Shown here: positions 1 through 8,040 of the stretch, piece after piece
How the letters are laid out: every line of letters begins with the position of its first letter
Numbering within the stretch: the first letter of the stretch is position 1
Assembly: GCA_047651235.1 (NCBI GenBank)
Contig: CP178758.1
Coordinates: forward strand, 3,120,001 to 3,152,000
DNA from: Candidatus Electrothrix yaqonensis
GTDB lineage: Bacteria > Desulfobacterota > Desulfobulbia > Desulfobulbales > Desulfobulbaceae
Length of the DNA stretch: 32,000 nt
Direction: 5' to 3'
Position numbers and translations under genes: made by a program
Notes under the pieces: model-generated
What the model was told of the DNA's origin: nothing
Databases searched by the model: none
What the model saw: the letters and a program-made list of their open reading frames with translations, nothing else

Positions 1-828
1 ATCCGTAGTACGCCTGTTATCCGTGATGTCCTGCTGAGCGGCGGCGATCCCTTCCTGCTGCCGGATGAGTATCTGGATTATATCCTCACCGAGCTGGACA
101 GAATAGAGCATGTGGAGGTGGTCAGGATCGGTACCCGGACGCCGGTTGTTCTGCCCTACCGGATTACGGATGCGCTGGTGGCCATGCTGAAAAAACACCA
201 GCCCGTGTGGATCAACACTCATTTCAATCATCCCAGAGAACTGACTGAATCCGCCCGTGCTGCTCTGGCCAAACTGGCTGATGCAGGCATTCCGCTGGGC
301 AATCAGTCCGTGCTTCTGTCCGGAGTGAACGACTGCCCCAGAATCATGCGGACCTTGGTGCATAAACTGGTGGCCAACCGGGTCCGGCCTTATTACCTCT
401 ATCAATGCGATCTCTCGGAGGGCCTCAGCCATTTCCGCACCCCGGTGGGCAAGGGTATTGAGATCATCGAGAGCCTGATCGGCCATACCAGCGGTTTCAG
501 TGTGCCGACCTATGTTATTGACGCGCCCGGCGGCGGCGGCAAAATCCCGATCATGCCCAACTACCTTATTTCCTGGTCCACCAATAAGGTGGTGCTGCGT
601 AATTATGAAGGAGTCATCACCACCTACAAGGAACCGGATTCCTACGAACCTGTTTTCTGTGACCGCAAATGCGATCAGTGTGATCTCCAGCTTTGCCTGG
701 AAGAGGCCACGGAATATCAGCCGGTAGGGATTAAAAAATTGCTGGCAGATTATAACGATGCCGTCTCCCTAATACCGACGGGCAATGAACGGATAGAAAA
801 AAGGGATCATGCTGCCGAAGAAGGATAA
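1..828 (+). CDS. ablA: Lysine 2,3-aminomutase (radical-SAM/PLP), C-terminal ~275 aa; 5' end cut by the window edge
   Basis: Frame +1 is open from base 1 ([20 protein letters not shown]...) to TAA at 826-828. Blocks [52 protein letters not shown] and [15 protein letters not shown] are KamA/AblA family hallmarks, recognised by eye. Confidence 0.9.
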   Translation: MRSTPVIRDVLLSGGDPFLLPDEYLDYILTELDRIEHVEVVRIGTRTPVVLPYRITDALVAMLKKHQPVWINTHFNHPRELTESARAALAKLADAGIPLGNQSVLLSGVNDCPRIMRTLVHKLVANRVRPYYLYQCDLSEGLSHFRTPVGKGIEIIESLIGHTSGFSVPTYVIDAPGGGGKIPIMPNYLISWSTNKVVLRNYEGVITTYKEPDSYEPVFCDRKCDQCDLQLCLEEATEYQPVGIKKLLADYNDAVSLIPTGNERIEKRDHAAEEG

Positions 829-1699
829 GGTCGAAGCGTATCAGGGCAGCATAATCCAGCACGGGCCGTATAATGACCGGATTTATCTTATGCGGCTCGC
901 CGATCAAACTCCGGCAGATTTTCCGCAGCAGCTGATTGAGCTGGCAGGAGGCAAAGGCTACTCCAAAATCTTTGCCAAGGTGCCGGAAGATGCGTCTGCT
1001 GATTTTCTGCAGGCAGACTTTGTAAAAGAAGCAGAAATTCCTGGTTTCTTCTCCGGCCGAACGGGCGCTCTGTTCATGGCGTATTATCTGCAGAATGCCC
1101 GCAGGCAGGAAGATGATGTTGCAGCCCTGGAAAATATCCTGCATATTGCTGAAGACAAGCGGGGCACAGTAGTGTTGCCTCCTGATGCGCGGTTTATCCT
1201 CCGTCGATGCACCCGGAACGATGTTCCGGCAATGGCGGCAATCTATCAGCAGACCTTTGCCTCCTATCCCTTTCCCATCCACGAGGAAGACTATCTGCTG
1301 GAGACCATACAGAGCCATGTGGCCTATTTCGGCGCGGAAACGAACGGGGAACTGGTTGCTTTGGCCTCAGCGGAAATGGACAGGGAGGTTTCCAATGTGG
1401 AAATGACCGATTTTGCCACCCTGCCTGCTTATGCAGGCAATAACCTCGCCCTGCATCTTCTCCGTTGTATGGAAGAAGCAATGCAGGAACAGCAGCTCAG
1501 CACGGCCTATACCATTGCCCGGGCCGCATCCCCGGCCATGAATCTCACCTTTACCCGGGCCGGATACTATTTTGCCGGTCGATTAAAAAACAACACCAAT
1601 ATCTCCGGTAAGATTGAGAGCATGAATGTGTGGTATAAACCGCTCCGCCTCTCACCGAAAGAATCCGCCAGGCCAATCAGCAGAATAAAAGGGTGTTGA
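809..1699 (+). CDS. ablB: Putative beta-lysine N6-acetyltransferase (GNAT)
   Basis: 296-aa ORF overlapping ablA by 20 nt. The C-terminal half has a GNAT-like core ([11 protein letters not shown]...[22 protein letters not shown]). The ablA-ablB pairing is the known N-epsilon-acetyl-beta-lysine osmolyte pathway layout. Confidence 0.75.
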   Translation: MLPKKDKVEAYQGSIIQHGPYNDRIYLMRLADQTPADFPQQLIELAGGKGYSKIFAKVPEDASADFLQADFVKEAEIPGFFSGRTGALFMAYYLQNARRQEDDVAALENILHIAEDKRGTVVLPPDARFILRRCTRNDVPAMAAIYQQTFASYPFPIHEEDYLLETIQSHVAYFGAETNGELVALASAEMDREVSNVEMTDFATLPAYAGNNLALHLLRCMEEAMQEQQLSTAYTIARAASPAMNLTFTRAGYYFAGRLKNNTNISGKIESMNVWYKPLRLSPKESARPISRIKGC

Positions 1700-1824
1700 A
1701 AAGTAGTTTGTCCCGTAGCTGTAATGATGGCTTTTTTTTTTCGCTTTGAGACCTCCGAAGAACTTATTCCGACCTGCTTTCCGGGGTTAATCTATTGAGT
1801 TCAACCAATAAAGATTCCGTGCTC

Positions 1825-1941
1825 TTATCTGTCGCTGTATTTGCGATACAGCTGCTTGACTTCGTTTACAGACAGTCCGGTAATTTCGGCAATAACCTTT
1901 ATCTCCAGACCTGTACGTTTTCCGTCATAATCTTTTCCTTG
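1825..1941 (-). pseudogene. Decayed gene fragments: a start-less 38-codon tail ending in an HTH-like motif, overlapped by a 9-codon stub that copies the 5' end of the 4221-4508 gene
   Basis: The minus frame reads ...QGKDYDGKRTGLEIKVIAEITGLSVNEVKQLYRKYSDR* (stop 1825-1827), with TGA just upstream and no start codon. In another frame, ATGACGGAAAACGTACAG (1928-1911) plus its upstream AAGGAaAAG copies the RBS and first 6 codons of the small TM gene at 4508. Confidence 0.35.
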
Positions 1942-1969
1942 TCATGGAAGAGGATATCCAGCCTTGGAG

Positions 1970-1994
1970 TATCAATGCGAATTAGGAGTTGAAA
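1970..1994. repeat. 25-nt dispersed repeat, copy 1 (inverted relative to copy 2 at 22714-22738)
   Basis: tatcaatgcgaattaggagttgaaa is the exact reverse complement of tttcaactcctaattcgcattgata at 22714-22738. Similarity extends to about 31 nt with 2 mismatches. Confidence 0.85.
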
Positions 1995-2151
1995 ACCGAT
2001 CCGATAGACCTCCTGTAAAACTGCCTGTTCTTCCGGGCGGTGCGTCTTCCCGCTTTTCAGAATTGATACCGGTCAGACGGCGGAATGATTCGGGACGGCG
2101 GGACAGTTTTTCATGAGTATGATTTTTCGACCTCTAGGGGGATGGCAGTAC

Positions 2152-2178
2152 AAAAAAAGTGGCTGAAAAAATATCAGC
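2152..2178 (-). terminator. Weak candidate intrinsic terminator after the TPR gene
   Basis: On the minus strand: GCTGA-tattttt-TCAGC, then cac and TTTTTTT. The stem is only 5 bp. Confidence 0.3.
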
Positions 2179-2222
2179 ATCCGCCGTTTCTGTCAAATCA
2201 CAAAGTTTTGCGGGAGGTCTCT

Positions 2223-3437
2223 TTATTCCTGCTCTTTCAGCTGGCGTAATTGTTCCAGACACTTCTCCGCCCGCAGGGGCATAGAGATCTCGTGATATTT
2301 ATCTGCGGCCTTTTGCCAATACTCCTTCGCCTGTTGTGTTTTCCCTTGGGCCTGATAAAGTTCGGCAAAGCCTTCCAGACATTCGGCCACACCTTCCCAG
2401 CCCTCAATACGTTCAAACTGAGCTGAAGCCTGTTCAACATACTTTTGGGCAGCAGCAAACTCACCGGTCTGCACGGCCAATTTGCCGAGCATTCGTAGGC
2501 TGTCTGCCTTGCCCACCGATTCATTTATGTCACGGTATACTTTCCGGGCATTTTCAAAATCTCTCCGAGCCGCAGGCAGTTCCGAAAGACGAAGATGCAC
2601 GTCGCCGAGCGCTTGAAGGCAGTTGGCCTCGCCGAGACGAGAACCGATCTCACGGTAGACAGGAAGGCATTCTTCATAACGCTTCCGAGCCGCAGGCAGT
2701 TCCGAAAGACGAAGATGCACGTCGCCGAGCGCTTTCAGGCAGTTGGCGGCAAGGTAGGAATCATCCTCCTTAATCACAGACAAGGGTATCTGCTCCAAGG
2801 CATCCTTGGCCTGCCGGTTGCGGGAGTAGCGCATATCCAGATTTGCCTGCCGGAGCAGAAAATACAGCACTGCCTTATCCGGCAGCCGCTTCATTTCCCG
2901 ATGTTCCTGTACTGCCTGGAGCAGGCTTTCTGCCCTGTCATAGGCAAAATAGGGCGGGTTCGTCCAGTCAACACAGATATTATTCAAGGCATCAGCTCCC
3001 TTATCCGGTTCGGCAATCAACTGGTGATAGATGGTTTCGATCTGCCAAGTAAGATCGTCTTGGTCCTGTTCGGCGCAATAGGTAAAGGCGCAGCGGGAGA
3101 GATCGCAGTACTGCTCTTCATCTTCCAACCAAAGCCGCTCCTGCAACAACCTACGGCTACGTTCATGAACATTATACCGCTCTTCAACGGGATACGGTTC
3201 AACATAGGGTTGCTCAAGCAGTTCGGCAAAATGAGTCTCGCCCAAGGGCTGATCAAGCAGGGCATTGAGAAAAGCACGGTCAAAAAAACGGGGCACCGCA
3301 GCAGCCCGGACAGCGGCTTGCAGTTCTTCCGGCAGCTGGGCCATGCTGAATCGCAGAGACAGCCAGTCACGTTCCTCCTGACTCTCGCAGGCCTGGAGCT
3401 GCTCCAGTAATTCCTGATAGGGATTGGTTTCTGACAT
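2223..3437 (-). CDS. Winged-helix-like N-terminus plus TPR repeat protein (sensor/scaffold part of a split STAND NTPase)
   Basis: 404-aa ORF. Repeated about 40-aa TPR-like units occur (ANCLKALGDVHLRLSELPAARKRYEE / ANCLQALGDVHLRLSELPAARRDFEN, and others). The N-terminal 60 aa (LPEELQAAVRAAAVPRFFDRAFLNALL) resemble the region after the NTPase in STAND proteins. It is in frame with the upstream ORF, and no SD precedes its ATG. Confidence 0.8.
   Translation of the reverse strand: MSETNPYQELLEQLQACESQEERDWLSLRFSMAQLPEELQAAVRAAAVPRFFDRAFLNALLDQPLGETHFAELLEQPYVEPYPVEERYNVHERSRRLLQERLWLEDEEQYCDLSRCAFTYCAEQDQDDLTWQIETIYHQLIAEPDKGADALNNICVDWTNPPYFAYDRAESLLQAVQEHREMKRLPDKAVLYFLLRQANLDMRYSRNRQAKDALEQIPLSVIKEDDSYLAANCLKALGDVHLRLSELPAARKRYEECLPVYREIGSRLGEANCLQALGDVHLRLSELPAARRDFENARKVYRDINESVGKADSLRMLGKLAVQTGEFAAAQKYVEQASAQFERIEGWEGVAECLEGFAELYQAQGKTQQAKEYWQKAADKYHEISMPLRAEKCLEQLRQLKEQE
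2564..2747. repeat. 120-bp-period tandem duplication inside the TPR gene
   Basis: 2564-2614 is identical to 2684-2734 (51 nt). After 2 mismatches, a further 11 identical nt follow (2617-2627 = 2737-2747). This corresponds to one 40-aa repeat unit. Confidence 0.9.
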
Positions 3438-3443
3438 GAGGAA

Positions 3444-4217
3444 TCAGGACAGCCGGGGAAAGGTTTTGATAATCTCGATGATCTTAGCCGGATTCCCCTG
3501 CATGGCGTGGCAGATACCGGCCAGAAAGGTCAGGGGAGGATCAACCGGAACCCGTAATCCCAAAGCCTTGACTACGGGCAGCCAGTGTTCGGCATCCGGC
3601 ACCCCGTACAACGGATGTTCACAGCAGCAGTCAGCCCAATCCTCGCAGGTATCAGTGGAAGGGATCTCCTGCCCGGCCACCACTAGGCGCAACTGACGGC
3701 TGGCACGGGGCAGCCGCACAATGATGCTGTTCAACCAAGTGCGGAGGTCATCCGCCGCCTTTTCATAGGTGTCCACAGCCAATAGCATCGGGTTGTCGAG
3801 CTGATCCGTATCCTGCAACCAAGCGTCGGTCAGCATGATGCGCCGTTCCTCGCGCTCCTCCTTGCCGCCGCTATTGAGAACCACATTGATCTGGTTGCTG
3901 TTGCCCTCAATCTGATTATCCCGGATTTCCACGTTATGCTGTTGCAGCCATCGACTGAAGGCAGGCAGTTTGTCCCGACCCGCATGATGAACCGTGCGGC
4001 TGAAAACCTCGGCGGCATTGACCCCGTCCTGCTTGCAATCCACAAAGATCTGATAGGCATCAGTCGGAGCCATGCGGCGGCAATTACGCAACAGGCTGGT
4101 CTTGCCGCTGCCGGATTGACCGCTGAACAGAAGAATCGGCTCCGAGCAGTCCTGCGTCCATAGGCGGGCAAAGGAGGCACGCGGCCCCTGATAATTCGCT
4201 AAAATATCTGCTTTCAT
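3444..4217 (-). CDS. P-loop NTPase, STAND/NB-ARC-like (NTPase module only)
   Basis: 257-aa ORF with Walker A GQSGSGKTS, Walker B-like MLLAVDTYE, RLVVAGQE after it, and a C-terminal GxP-like motif (MQGNPAKI) as in AP-ATPase/NB-ARC helical domains. Its ATG lies 3 nt after the upstream TGA. Confidence 0.7.
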   Translation of the reverse strand: MKADILANYQGPRASFARLWTQDCSEPILLFSGQSGSGKTSLLRNCRRMAPTDAYQIFVDCKQDGVNAAEVFSRTVHHAGRDKLPAFSRWLQQHNVEIRDNQIEGNSNQINVVLNSGGKEEREERRIMLTDAWLQDTDQLDNPMLLAVDTYEKAADDLRTWLNSIIVRLPRASRQLRLVVAGQEIPSTDTCEDWADCCCEHPLYGVPDAEHWLPVVKALGLRVPVDPPLTFLAGICHAMQGNPAKIIEIIKTFPRLS

Positions 4218-4220
4218 GGG

Positions 4221-4508
4221 TCAGCCGTTGCTGTTGAGCCGGTTCTTGTCCCCGTCAATATCGCTGTTTTCCACTTGGGCACCGTTACGGGCAGTCACTT
4301 CGTTCTCATGGCCTTTAATCTTGGTGCCGGTAATTTTAGTGACCGGTGGTTCAGCCGGGGTATGGGTTTCCCCACCGACTTGGACACCGTCCCGGTTGAC
4401 ACTGATGTTCCCGGAGCGGAGCTTGCCCCGCAGAACAAAGACGACAACGCCGATAACCACCACCAAGGCCACAGCAATAATCAGCGCGAGCTGTACGTTT
4501 TCCGTCAT
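4221..4508 (-). CDS. Small single-pass membrane protein (N-terminal TM helix, Gly/Asn/Val-rich tail)
   Basis: 95-aa ORF with a good SD (TAAGGAGAAGAGC-ATG). The hydrophobic helix is LALIIAVALVVVIGVVVFVL. The tail has loosely repeated (I/V)xGxxNxV-like segments. I recognise no family. Confidence 0.6.
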   Translation of the reverse strand: MTENVQLALIIAVALVVVIGVVVFVLRGKLRSGNISVNRDGVQVGGETHTPAEPPVTKITGTKIKGHENEVTARNGAQVENSDIDGDKNRLNSNG

Positions 4509-4561
4509 GCTCTTCTCCTTATCAACCTATCGAATAGAATATCCTTTCACACTCCGGATAT

Positions 4562-6067
4562 TTACTTCCTCTTCTTCGACTCCTTCTCTTTCACCTCAGC
4601 CTTCAGATGCGGAAACAGAATCACATCCCGAATGGACGGCGAATCCGTGAGCAGCATGACCAGTCGGTCAATCCCGATGCCTTCCCCGGCCGCAGACGGC
4701 ATCCCGTACTCCAGGGCCCGGACGTAATCCGCATCCAACTCCGGATGAATTTCATCATCATCGCCGCGCTCAGCAATTTGCTTGGCAAAGCGTTCATGCT
4801 GATCAATAGGGTCGTTCAGCTCGGAAAAGGCATTGGCGATCTCCCGGCCGGTAATGAACAGCTCAAAACGGTCGGTGATGGTCGGGTCGTCCTCGTTGCG
4901 GCGGGCCAGCGGTGAAACCTCGGCCGGATAGGCCGTGATAAAGGTCGGATCGATGAGTTTCTCCTCCACCAGCAGCTCAAACAGCTCGGTCTTTGCCTTG
5001 CCCGGCCCGGCATCGGGCTGCAGCTTGATCCCGTTCTTTTTGGCAAGCCCCATTATGGTAGTGTCATCCTTGAGCAGCTCAGGATCAATACCGCCCACTT
5101 CGATCAGGGCCTCGTCCATTGTGTAGCGTTTCCAAGGCGGAGCCAGATTCACCGGCATTCCCTGATAAAAAATTTCGGTGGAGCCGCAGACCTGAGCAGC
5201 AATTGAGGAAATCATCTCCTCGGTCAGATCCATCAGATCCTCATAGGTCGCGTATGCCTGGTAGAACTCCAGCATGGTGAATTCCGGATTATGGCGGGTG
5301 GACAGACCCTCGTTGCGGAAGTTCCGGTTGATCTCAAAAACCCGCTCAAAGCCGCCCACCAGCAGGCGCTTGAGGTAAAGTTCCGGGGCAATGCGCAGAA
5401 ACAGTTCCATGTCCAGGGCATTATGATGCGTCCTGAAGGGCTTGGCTGCCGCCCCGCCCGGAACCGGATGCATCATCGGAGTTTCCACCTCCAGAAAGCC
5501 CCGCTCGGTAAGGAACTGCCGGAGCAGACGGATGATTTTCACCCGTTTGCGGAAGGTGTCGCGCACCTCCGGATTAACGATCAGGTCCACGTAACGCTGG
5601 CGGTAGCGGGTCTCCACATCAGTGAGGCCGTGAAATTTTTCCGGCAGGGGCCGCAGGGACTTGGTGATCATGTGCAGCCGGAATGCCTCGATGGACGGTT
5701 CACCGGTCTTGGTCTTGAACAGTTTGCCCTCCACCCCGACAATATCGCCCACATCCCATTTTTTGAAGAGCTGAAATTCTTCGCCCAGCAGATCCCGGCG
5801 GGCATAGATCTGCATCCGTCCGGTTTCATCCTGAAGGTGAAAAAAGGCAGCTTTGCCGAACTTGCGCAGCGACATGATCCGCCCGGCAACCCGGTACACG
5901 GTATTGCCCGGAGCATGGCTTTCCGGCTCTAGGGCATTAGCCAAGGGCAGAATTTCCCTGACCGGTTGCGGATCTTTGAAGCTGTTGCTGAACAGGTTGA
6001 CCCCGGCCTCGGACAGGGTTTGGGCTTTTTCACGACGCTGCTTGAGGAGTTGGCTTTGGTTATCCAT
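4562..6067 (-). CDS. lysS: Lysyl-tRNA synthetase, class II
   Basis: Starts [16 protein letters not shown]. Class II motifs are [18 protein letters not shown] and [12 protein letters not shown]. The start was moved to the ATG at 6067, because the 51-codon upstream extension of the tracked ORF is AT-rich and not LysS-like. Confidence 0.95.
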   Translation of the reverse strand: MDNQSQLLKQRREKAQTLSEAGVNLFSNSFKDPQPVREILPLANALEPESHAPGNTVYRVAGRIMSLRKFGKAAFFHLQDETGRMQIYARRDLLGEEFQLFKKWDVGDIVGVEGKLFKTKTGEPSIEAFRLHMITKSLRPLPEKFHGLTDVETRYRQRYVDLIVNPEVRDTFRKRVKIIRLLRQFLTERGFLEVETPMMHPVPGGAAAKPFRTHHNALDMELFLRIAPELYLKRLLVGGFERVFEINRNFRNEGLSTRHNPEFTMLEFYQAYATYEDLMDLTEEMISSIAAQVCGSTEIFYQGMPVNLAPPWKRYTMDEALIEVGGIDPELLKDDTTIMGLAKKNGIKLQPDAGPGKAKTELFELLVEEKLIDPTFITAYPAEVSPLARRNEDDPTITDRFELFITGREIANAFSELNDPIDQHERFAKQIAERGDDDEIHPELDADYVRALEYGMPSAAGEGIGIDRLVMLLTDSPSIRDVILFPHLKAEVKEKESKKRK

Positions 6068-6192
6068 GTTCGTCCATGTACTTTGTCTTATGTCATTAAG
6101 GGTATTGAAGATAATGCAAAATAAATACAGTTGCTTAAATCGGAAAAAGCCATCTATGATGGCACAAAAGTAAACGAAAACAATTTGATACT

Positions 6193-6292
6193 TAACTGAT
6201 GTTACGCAGCCGAAATGCAAAATTGGCAGATTCCACGTTTTGGGTGTCTCAGTAACTTACTGATCTTTTATTTGCGTGCGTAACATCAGTTA
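6193..6292. repeat. 100-bp MITE-like element / long hairpin with perfect 16-bp terminal inverted repeats
   Basis: taactgatgttacgca (6193-6208) is the exact reverse complement of tgcgtaacatcagtta (6277-6292). The right arm overlaps the gatB stop codon. The core 14-mer recurs at 22764-22777. The interior contains gtgtctc and agtaac/ttactg motifs shared with the 7881-7993 array. Confidence 0.7.
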
Positions 6293-7720
6293 TGAATTTT
6301 GCCCCAGCTCCTCCGCAAACAGCTTATTCGCCAGCTGCGGGTTAGCTTTGCCCTTGGTTTTCTTCATCAGCTGACCGACAAAGAAACCTATGACCTTGGT
6401 CTTACCGTCGCGGAACTGCTGGGCCTGATCCGGGTTGGCGGCAATGATCTCCCGGACAATGGCGGCCAGTTCGCCCTCGTCGCTCATCTGGATCAGTCCC
6501 TTTGCTTTGACGATCTTTTCCGGGTCATCGCCGGACTCCAGCATGTGGGCAAACACGGCCTTGGCGATCTTGCCGGAGATGATGCCCTTTTCCACCATCA
6601 GCAGGAGAGCGGCCAGTTGCGGCGCGGTAATCCGGCATTCGCTGATCTGCTCCGGTGCATATTCCCGCAGCAGCTCGGTGGTCATGAAGTTGGCCACCTT
6701 TTTCGGGTTGTTGTATTCCGCGCAGACTTGCTCGAAATAATCAGCTAAGTCACGGGAGGCGGTCAAAGTCGCGGCCACGTCTTCCGGCAGGCTGAGTTCA
6801 GCCATGAAGCGCTGTCGTCGCTCATCGGCCAGCTCCGGCAGTTCAGCCCGCATCCGCTCGATCCACTCCTCATCAATATGCACCGGCACTAAATCCGGAT
6901 CCGGGAAGTATCGGTAATCGTGCGCTTCTTCCTTGCCGCGCATGGATTCGGTTTTATTGCTGTCCGGATTCCAGAGCAGAGTGGCCTGGGTCACGGAGCC
7001 GTTATCCAGAAGGATATCCCGCTGCCTGCGCTCCTCGTACTCAAGAGCGAGCTGGACATTGCGGAAGGAGTTCATATTTTTCAGCTCCGTCCGGGTGCCG
7101 AACTCCGCCTGCCCCTTGGGCCGCAGGGAGATGTTGGCGTCGCAGCGGAAACTGCCTTCCTGCATGTTGCCGTCGCAGATATCCAGGTACCGGACAATGC
7201 TGTGCAGTTTTTTCAGATAGGCCACTGCCTCTTCCGGCGAGCGCAAATCCGGCTCGCTGACGATTTCCAGGAGTGGAGTACCGGTCCGGTTCAAATCCAC
7301 ATAGCTGTTCGGCTCCAGCTCATCATGGACCAGCTTGCCCGCATCTTCCTCCATGTGAGCACGGGTGATGCCGATGGTCTTTTTCTCCCCGTTGACCTCG
7401 ATCTCCAAGCGACCGTGCTCGGCAATGGGCAGCTCGAATTGGGAAATCTGGTAGCCCTTGGGCAGGTCAGGATAGAAGTAGTTCTTGCGGGCAAAACGAT
7501 TCTCCCGATTGATGGCGGAATCCGTGGCCAGGGCCAGCTTGATGCCGTTTTCCACCACCTGCTTGTTCAGCACGGGCAGCGAACCCGGCATACCCAGGCA
7601 GACCGGACAGGTATGAGTGTTGGGCGGCGCGCCGAACTCGGTGGAACAGCCGCAGAATATCTTGCTCTTTGTCTTCATCTGGGCATGAACTTCCAGCCCG
7701 ATCACGGTTTCAAATTCCAT
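6290..7720 (-). CDS. gatB: Asp/Glu-tRNA(Asn/Gln) amidotransferase subunit B
   Basis: 476 aa, starting [25 protein letters not shown]. Full-length GatB-like sequence with the C-terminal YqeY-like tail. Confidence 0.95.
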   Translation of the reverse strand: MEFETVIGLEVHAQMKTKSKIFCGCSTEFGAPPNTHTCPVCLGMPGSLPVLNKQVVENGIKLALATDSAINRENRFARKNYFYPDLPKGYQISQFELPIAEHGRLEIEVNGEKKTIGITRAHMEEDAGKLVHDELEPNSYVDLNRTGTPLLEIVSEPDLRSPEEAVAYLKKLHSIVRYLDICDGNMQEGSFRCDANISLRPKGQAEFGTRTELKNMNSFRNVQLALEYEERRQRDILLDNGSVTQATLLWNPDSNKTESMRGKEEAHDYRYFPDPDLVPVHIDEEWIERMRAELPELADERRQRFMAELSLPEDVAATLTASRDLADYFEQVCAEYNNPKKVANFMTTELLREYAPEQISECRITAPQLAALLLMVEKGIISGKIAKAVFAHMLESGDDPEKIVKAKGLIQMSDEGELAAIVREIIAANPDQAQQFRDGKTKVIGFFVGQLMKKTKGKANPQLANKLFAEELGQNS

Positions 7721-7880
7721 AATGTCATTCAGTTAAATAGTGACGGCGTATTGCGCAATGAATTTTCCTGTCTTGATGTTGGCCAGCTGCCGCATTGTAC
7801 ACAGAATCGGACAGAGGAACAACGGGCAGAGAGCACCCCTCCCGCATTCCGCTCTCACAGCCAGCAGGCACCCTCTTTCG

Positions 7881-7993
7881 GAGACACGAGGTTTACTCGG
7901 GTTGAGTAACGAGTGTTACTCCATCTGAGACACGCCCGTTACTCGAAGTGAGACACACTCATTACTCGGAGGGAGACACGAGCGTGTCTCTGC
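7881..7993. repeat. Tandem array of five 23-nt units, each an imperfect or perfect 7-bp palindrome
   Basis: Units start at 7881, 7904, 7927, 7950 and 7973: gagacac-gagg-tttactc-gggtt / gagtaac-gagt-gttactc-catct / gagacac-gccc-gttactc-gaagt / gagacac-actc-attactc-ggagg / gagacac-gagc-gtgtctc. Units 2 and 5 are perfect hairpins. Confidence 0.9.
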
Positions 7994-8040
7994 AATACCG
8001 ACTGCCTGCTGAAGGCCGCAGGGTGACTGGTAAGTTGCAC

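Noticed and set aside
1733-1742. T10 tract after ablB as an intrinsic terminator
   Set aside because: I could not find a convincing GC-rich stem immediately upstream, so it is left unannotated.
1795-1992. 65-aa plus-strand ORF
   Set aside because: It is the antisense of the decayed minus-strand fragments. It has no RBS and junk composition.
2040-2125. Possible IS/transposase N-terminal HTH remnant (minus-strand ...RRPESFRRLTGINSEK...)
   Set aside because: Only about 10 residues resemble transposase HTH leaders. The frame breaks quickly, and there is no DDE region or terminal repeats. The similarity is too weak to call.
3432-3452. Selenocysteine decoding of the two in-frame TGAs in the TM/NTPase/TPR module (the window given here, and the TGA at 4221-4223)
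   Set aside because: The only nearby hairpin (CUGGAG-CAG-CUCCAG) starts 36 nt after the 3444 TGA and has a 3-nt loop without the usual G/U apical features. An ATG follows each TGA within 3-6 nt, which favours coupling or re-initiation. No Cys-homologue logic applies. It is kept only as a remote possibility under the readthrough finding.
6068-6220. The 51-codon N-terminal extension of the tracked lysS ORF ([12 protein letters not shown]...)
   Set aside because: It is AT-rich and of hydrophobic junk composition, with no LysS similarity. The conserved N-terminus starts at [14 protein letters not shown] (ATG at 6067). The stretch overlaps the repeat-bearing intergenic spacer.
6920-7909. Long antisense shadow ORFs. 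Examples: 6920-7909 opposite gatB, 2595-3410 opposite the TPR gene, 19423-20697 and 20713-21693 opposite the kinase, 14010-14756, 15755-16501, 17811-18500, 26426-27037 and 28821-29408.
   Set aside because: Each lies fully inside, and antisense to, a gene with clear family motifs. Their translations are low-complexity Arg/Gly/Leu-rich with no recognisable domains, as is typical of GC-rich antisense frames.
7881-7993. Possible CRISPR array
   Set aside because: The units abut with an exact 23-nt period and have no unique spacers. The repeats are too short, and no cas genes are nearby.
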